Source of the DNA: Gammaproteobacteria bacterium
Lineage (GTDB): Bacteria > Pseudomonadota > Gammaproteobacteria > JBCCGL01
NCBI GenBank assembly: GCA_965277715.1
Contig: OZ255836.1
Span: 4,096,001-4,160,000, forward strand
Length of the DNA: 64,000 bases
Direction of reading: 5' to 3'
Position numbers and translations under genes: made by a program. Positions 61,417-64,000 of this stretch are shown one piece after another (the first letter of the stretch is position 1; each line of letters starts with the position of its first letter). The notes under the pieces are model-generated. The model searched no databases. It was given only the letters and a program-made list of their open reading frames with translations, and had not been told where the DNA came from.

Positions 61417-62505
61417 TTAGGTATTGAGTAGCTTTACACCTAACCCCGACGCCCGGGTCGTGCGCATATACCCCTCTTCTATTTTAAAGCCGCCACTGAC
61501 AATATCACGCGCCAGATCAAGGCTGCCATCCAGGTCGATATAGCGCGTTGCCGGTGATGAAAATGCGGCGTGCAAGGCGGCACTGATACTGACAATGCTC
61601 TCGTCCATGCACCCCCACATCAATTTAATACCGGCGATATCGGCAATATCGGCGATGCGTCTGGCGCTGTATATGCCACCGCATTTCATTAGCTTGATCA
61701 CAAAAATGCCACAGGCCCCCACCATTTCGTTATCGTGCCGGTTGGCCAGCCGCAATGCATCGGACTCATTGAGCAGGCTCTCATCGGCGGCGATCTGCTG
61801 ACGTCTGGCAGTGGGTAGCCGCCACAGTTTTTCATCGTATTTTGTCGACATGGGCTGTTCGATAAATTCGAGGTTGAGCGCCCGTGTTTCACGGCTAAAA
61901 CGCACCAGATCCTCGGGCGAATAGCCCTGATTGGGATCGACCCGGATCGCCACCGTCTTTTTGTAGCGCTCGCGGAGTTTGTGCAGGCGCTCGATATCAT
62001 CTTCAACCGCGTGGCCGAGTTTGACTTTCAGTGCGCGAAACCCCCGGCCAACATACTCTTCGGCTTCGGTGAGTGTTTCCCGCAATGGTTTGATACCGAT
62101 GGTGATGGATGTGGGCAGGGTATCGTGTGACCGACCGAGTACCTCGACCAGTGGCCGTTGCAAATACTGGCCCAGCAGGTCGTGCAGGGCAATATCAATG
62201 GCGGCGCGTGCCGCAGGTGTTTTCGGCATAAGCCGGGCCAGTTCTCGACTGATTGCATGGATGCTGCGTATATCCCGGCCAATCAGCCAGGCCAATGGGT
62301 CGGGCGCGAGCGCTTCGCTACAGGCGCTGGGTGTCTCGCCAGTGACGTGAGGCTCAGGGCTGGCGGTGCCGATGCCAATAAGACCAAGATTGGTGTCGAT
62401 TTCAACAACATTATTTTGCACAGCCTCCACCTTACGAAAGGCAATTTCATAGGGGCGGGTCAGTTTGAATTGCTCAACACGGCTGCGAATGGCAGTGATT
62501 TTCAT
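61417..62505 (-). CDS. Enolase-superfamily dipeptide epimerase / N-acyl-amino acid racemase (DgcA-like)
   Basis: KVK, DPNQ, EQP, ADES, KLMKCGG, GCMDES, DLDG. Confidence 0.9.
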   Translation of the reverse strand: MKITAIRSRVEQFKLTRPYEIAFRKVEAVQNNVVEIDTNLGLIGIGTASPEPHVTGETPSACSEALAPDPLAWLIGRDIRSIHAISRELARLMPKTPAARAAIDIALHDLLGQYLQRPLVEVLGRSHDTLPTSITIGIKPLRETLTEAEEYVGRGFRALKVKLGHAVEDDIERLHKLRERYKKTVAIRVDPNQGYSPEDLVRFSRETRALNLEFIEQPMSTKYDEKLWRLPTARRQQIAADESLLNESDALRLANRHDNEMVGACGIFVIKLMKCGGIYSARRIADIADIAGIKLMWGCMDESIVSISAALHAAFSSPATRYIDLDGSLDLARDIVSGGFKIEEGYMRTTRASGLGVKLLNT

Positions 62506-63575
62506 GGTTTTGCTTCCTGTATATAGGCTTGTATCGGTGCTATCAGTGCATCGATATTATCAAACAATGGGCAAACTATCGGGATATTATGATCAGCCTG
62601 CAGGCGCTGCTGGTTATCGCGCAGCTCCTCGTCAGACAGGTTTTCACCATTGAGGGTAATGGCCAATACTCTGGCGCGGTAATAGCTGATCAAGGCGATT
62701 TCGCTCTCCAGCGAGGGGATAGCAAAACCTTCCTGTTCATAGCCTTCAAAGTGCTTACGCCCTGGCGCGTGTTGTAATATCACAGCGTGCGCCTGGGCCG
62801 ATAGCAGTAGCTCAGACCCGCAGGGGCCGCTGGGGTTGCGCAGGGAGGATTGTCCTTCTACCAGCATTACATCGGGGTGGGTTTCCCTATCACAACAGAC
62901 CACAGCGTGCTCCAGCTCACCGCTGACAAAATCGTTGGGTGTTGCGTCCAGTACAAAACCGTAACGGCTGCCCTGCATCCAGCCCGTTTGGCCTGTGTAG
63001 ATCATCTCTGCACAAATGCCATGTTGTTGCAGCCGATCAGTGAGCATACGCGTCGTCGTGCGCTTACCGAGCGCGCAATCGGTGCCGATAACGGCGATGC
63101 GCGGCGCTTTCACATGGCGGATGTCGCCATTCCAAAAATGCAGTTGTTGTATTGGGCGGGGTTTGCGCAGGTCGATAATCTCGCCCCCGTTGGCTTCACA
63201 TGCCGAGCGGATCGCAGCGTCTTCTGAAGCGGGATCGTGCAGACCGTTGACAATGCTCATCCCTCGTTCAGCGGCATCCAGTAGCATTCCACGCAGTACT
63301 TGGGTAAGTCTGCCACCGTGGGTTGCAATGCCGATAATGCACCATTTGGGTCTCTGTGGGAGCGCGGCCAGTGCGGTATCCAGCGATGCGAAAACGGGTA
63401 TATCACGGTGTTGGCCGTCGAGTAATTCACCGGCATCGTGGCCTGCGTTATCGGGATCGATGATACCGCGAATCGCAAATCGGTCGCTGCGCCGCAATAG
63501 CCCGTGGGTTACTTTGGCCTGTGGGGTCTGTAGTTCCCCAGGCGCCAGTACAATGGCATCTTCCCGTTTATTCAT
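62502..63575 (-). CDS. DUF1611 family protein (DgcN-like)
   Basis: NGLH, GTDCALGKRTT, TGQTG, DFVSG, VEGQ. Confidence 0.9.
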   Translation of the reverse strand: MNKREDAIVLAPGELQTPQAKVTHGLLRRSDRFAIRGIIDPDNAGHDAGELLDGQHRDIPVFASLDTALAALPQRPKWCIIGIATHGGRLTQVLRGMLLDAAERGMSIVNGLHDPASEDAAIRSACEANGGEIIDLRKPRPIQQLHFWNGDIRHVKAPRIAVIGTDCALGKRTTTRMLTDRLQQHGICAEMIYTGQTGWMQGSRYGFVLDATPNDFVSGELEHAVVCCDRETHPDVMLVEGQSSLRNPSGPCGSELLLSAQAHAVILQHAPGRKHFEGYEQEGFAIPSLESEIALISYYRARVLAITLNGENLSDEELRDNQQRLQADHNIPIVCPLFDNIDALIAPIQAYIQEAKP

Positions 63576-63777
63576 AGTGTTGGATTTTTATCGTGTGTTG
63601 ACAGCAAAGTGCGCAGTATCCTGTTTGTATTAACGCCATGCAAGTCATGGTGTGATAAGTGCCAGATCGTACAACTGGTTGTAACGCAACAGAGAAAAGC
63701 CTGGTGAGGCTATATCTTGTTGATAAAAGAAAATAAGGAGTAACGTATAATTCTCAGCTTTGGCTTAAAGATTTAAA

Positions 63778-64000
63778 GTGGAAAACTCCCCTCGTTATCG
63801 GCGCTCTGGCACAGAGTGTTTGCAGTGGCATACCTTGAATGGCCATTCGGCACGGCGCCTTCCGGAAAATATCCGCTGCTGGCTGGGTGATCGGGATTCG
63901 CTGACCCGGCAGGTAAAGCGCGCCTGTGATGGCGACTTTCGCGTTCAGGTGTTGCAGCAGTGTTGGACGCGGGCGCACCGTGATGAAGCGCGGGTGCTGG
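63778..64000 (+). CDS. ubiC: Chorismate pyruvate-lyase, 5' part (runs off the window)
   Basis: Manual translation from GTG 63778: ...WLGDRDSLTRQVKRACDGDFRVQVLQQCW....DEARVL, the UbiC N-terminal pattern. Confidence 0.75.
   Translation, partial: MENSPRYRRSGTECLQWHTLNGHSARRLPENIRCWLGDRDSLTRQVKRACDGDFRVQVLQQCWTRAHRDEARVL

Noticed and set aside
63754-63978. 74-aa minus-strand ORF at the window end
   Set aside because: The opposite strand encodes a recognisable UbiC N-terminus.

Overview
A 64-kb chromosomal window from a gammaproteobacterium, probably marine (inferred from gene content). The core left part (about 1-38,630) carries an unusual six-gene enzyme cluster (nucleosidase-like, SplB-like radical SAM, SDR, class IV aminotransferase, sulfotransferase-like, conserved hypothetical). 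It also carries yqgE-tonB-gshB, a Pil-Chp operon without pilK/chpB, a pentapeptide-repeat gene, hppA, mrdA-rodA-mltB-rlpA-dac-dat-ybeD-lipB-lipA, and maf/fliC-flaG-fliD-fliS-fliT-fleQ. An accessory region (about 38,660-55,100) follows. It starts with 8 tandem copies of a 47-bp hairpin-rich repeat and a DUF6338-like gene with an unannotated 43-aa polyproline peptide. Next is the strongest candidate for a new system: a caspase-like CHAT protease with an intact His/Cys dyad and a degenerate NTPase, coupled to a 1540-aa receptor-like protein (signal peptide, 16 near-identical WD40 repeats, TM helix, cytoplasmic STAND ATPase). The rest of the region is a mosaic of gene fragments (AcaB-like gene, HExxH proteins, putative orphan toxin-tip/immunity pairs, SymE and GNAT remnants, IS4). 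Several of its junctions carry a 92-bp GGGGTCA...TGACCCC element. The right end has a peptide ABC transporter, a DUF1611/enolase-superfamily epimerase pair and the start of ubiC. All family assignments come from motif recognition; no database searches were run.
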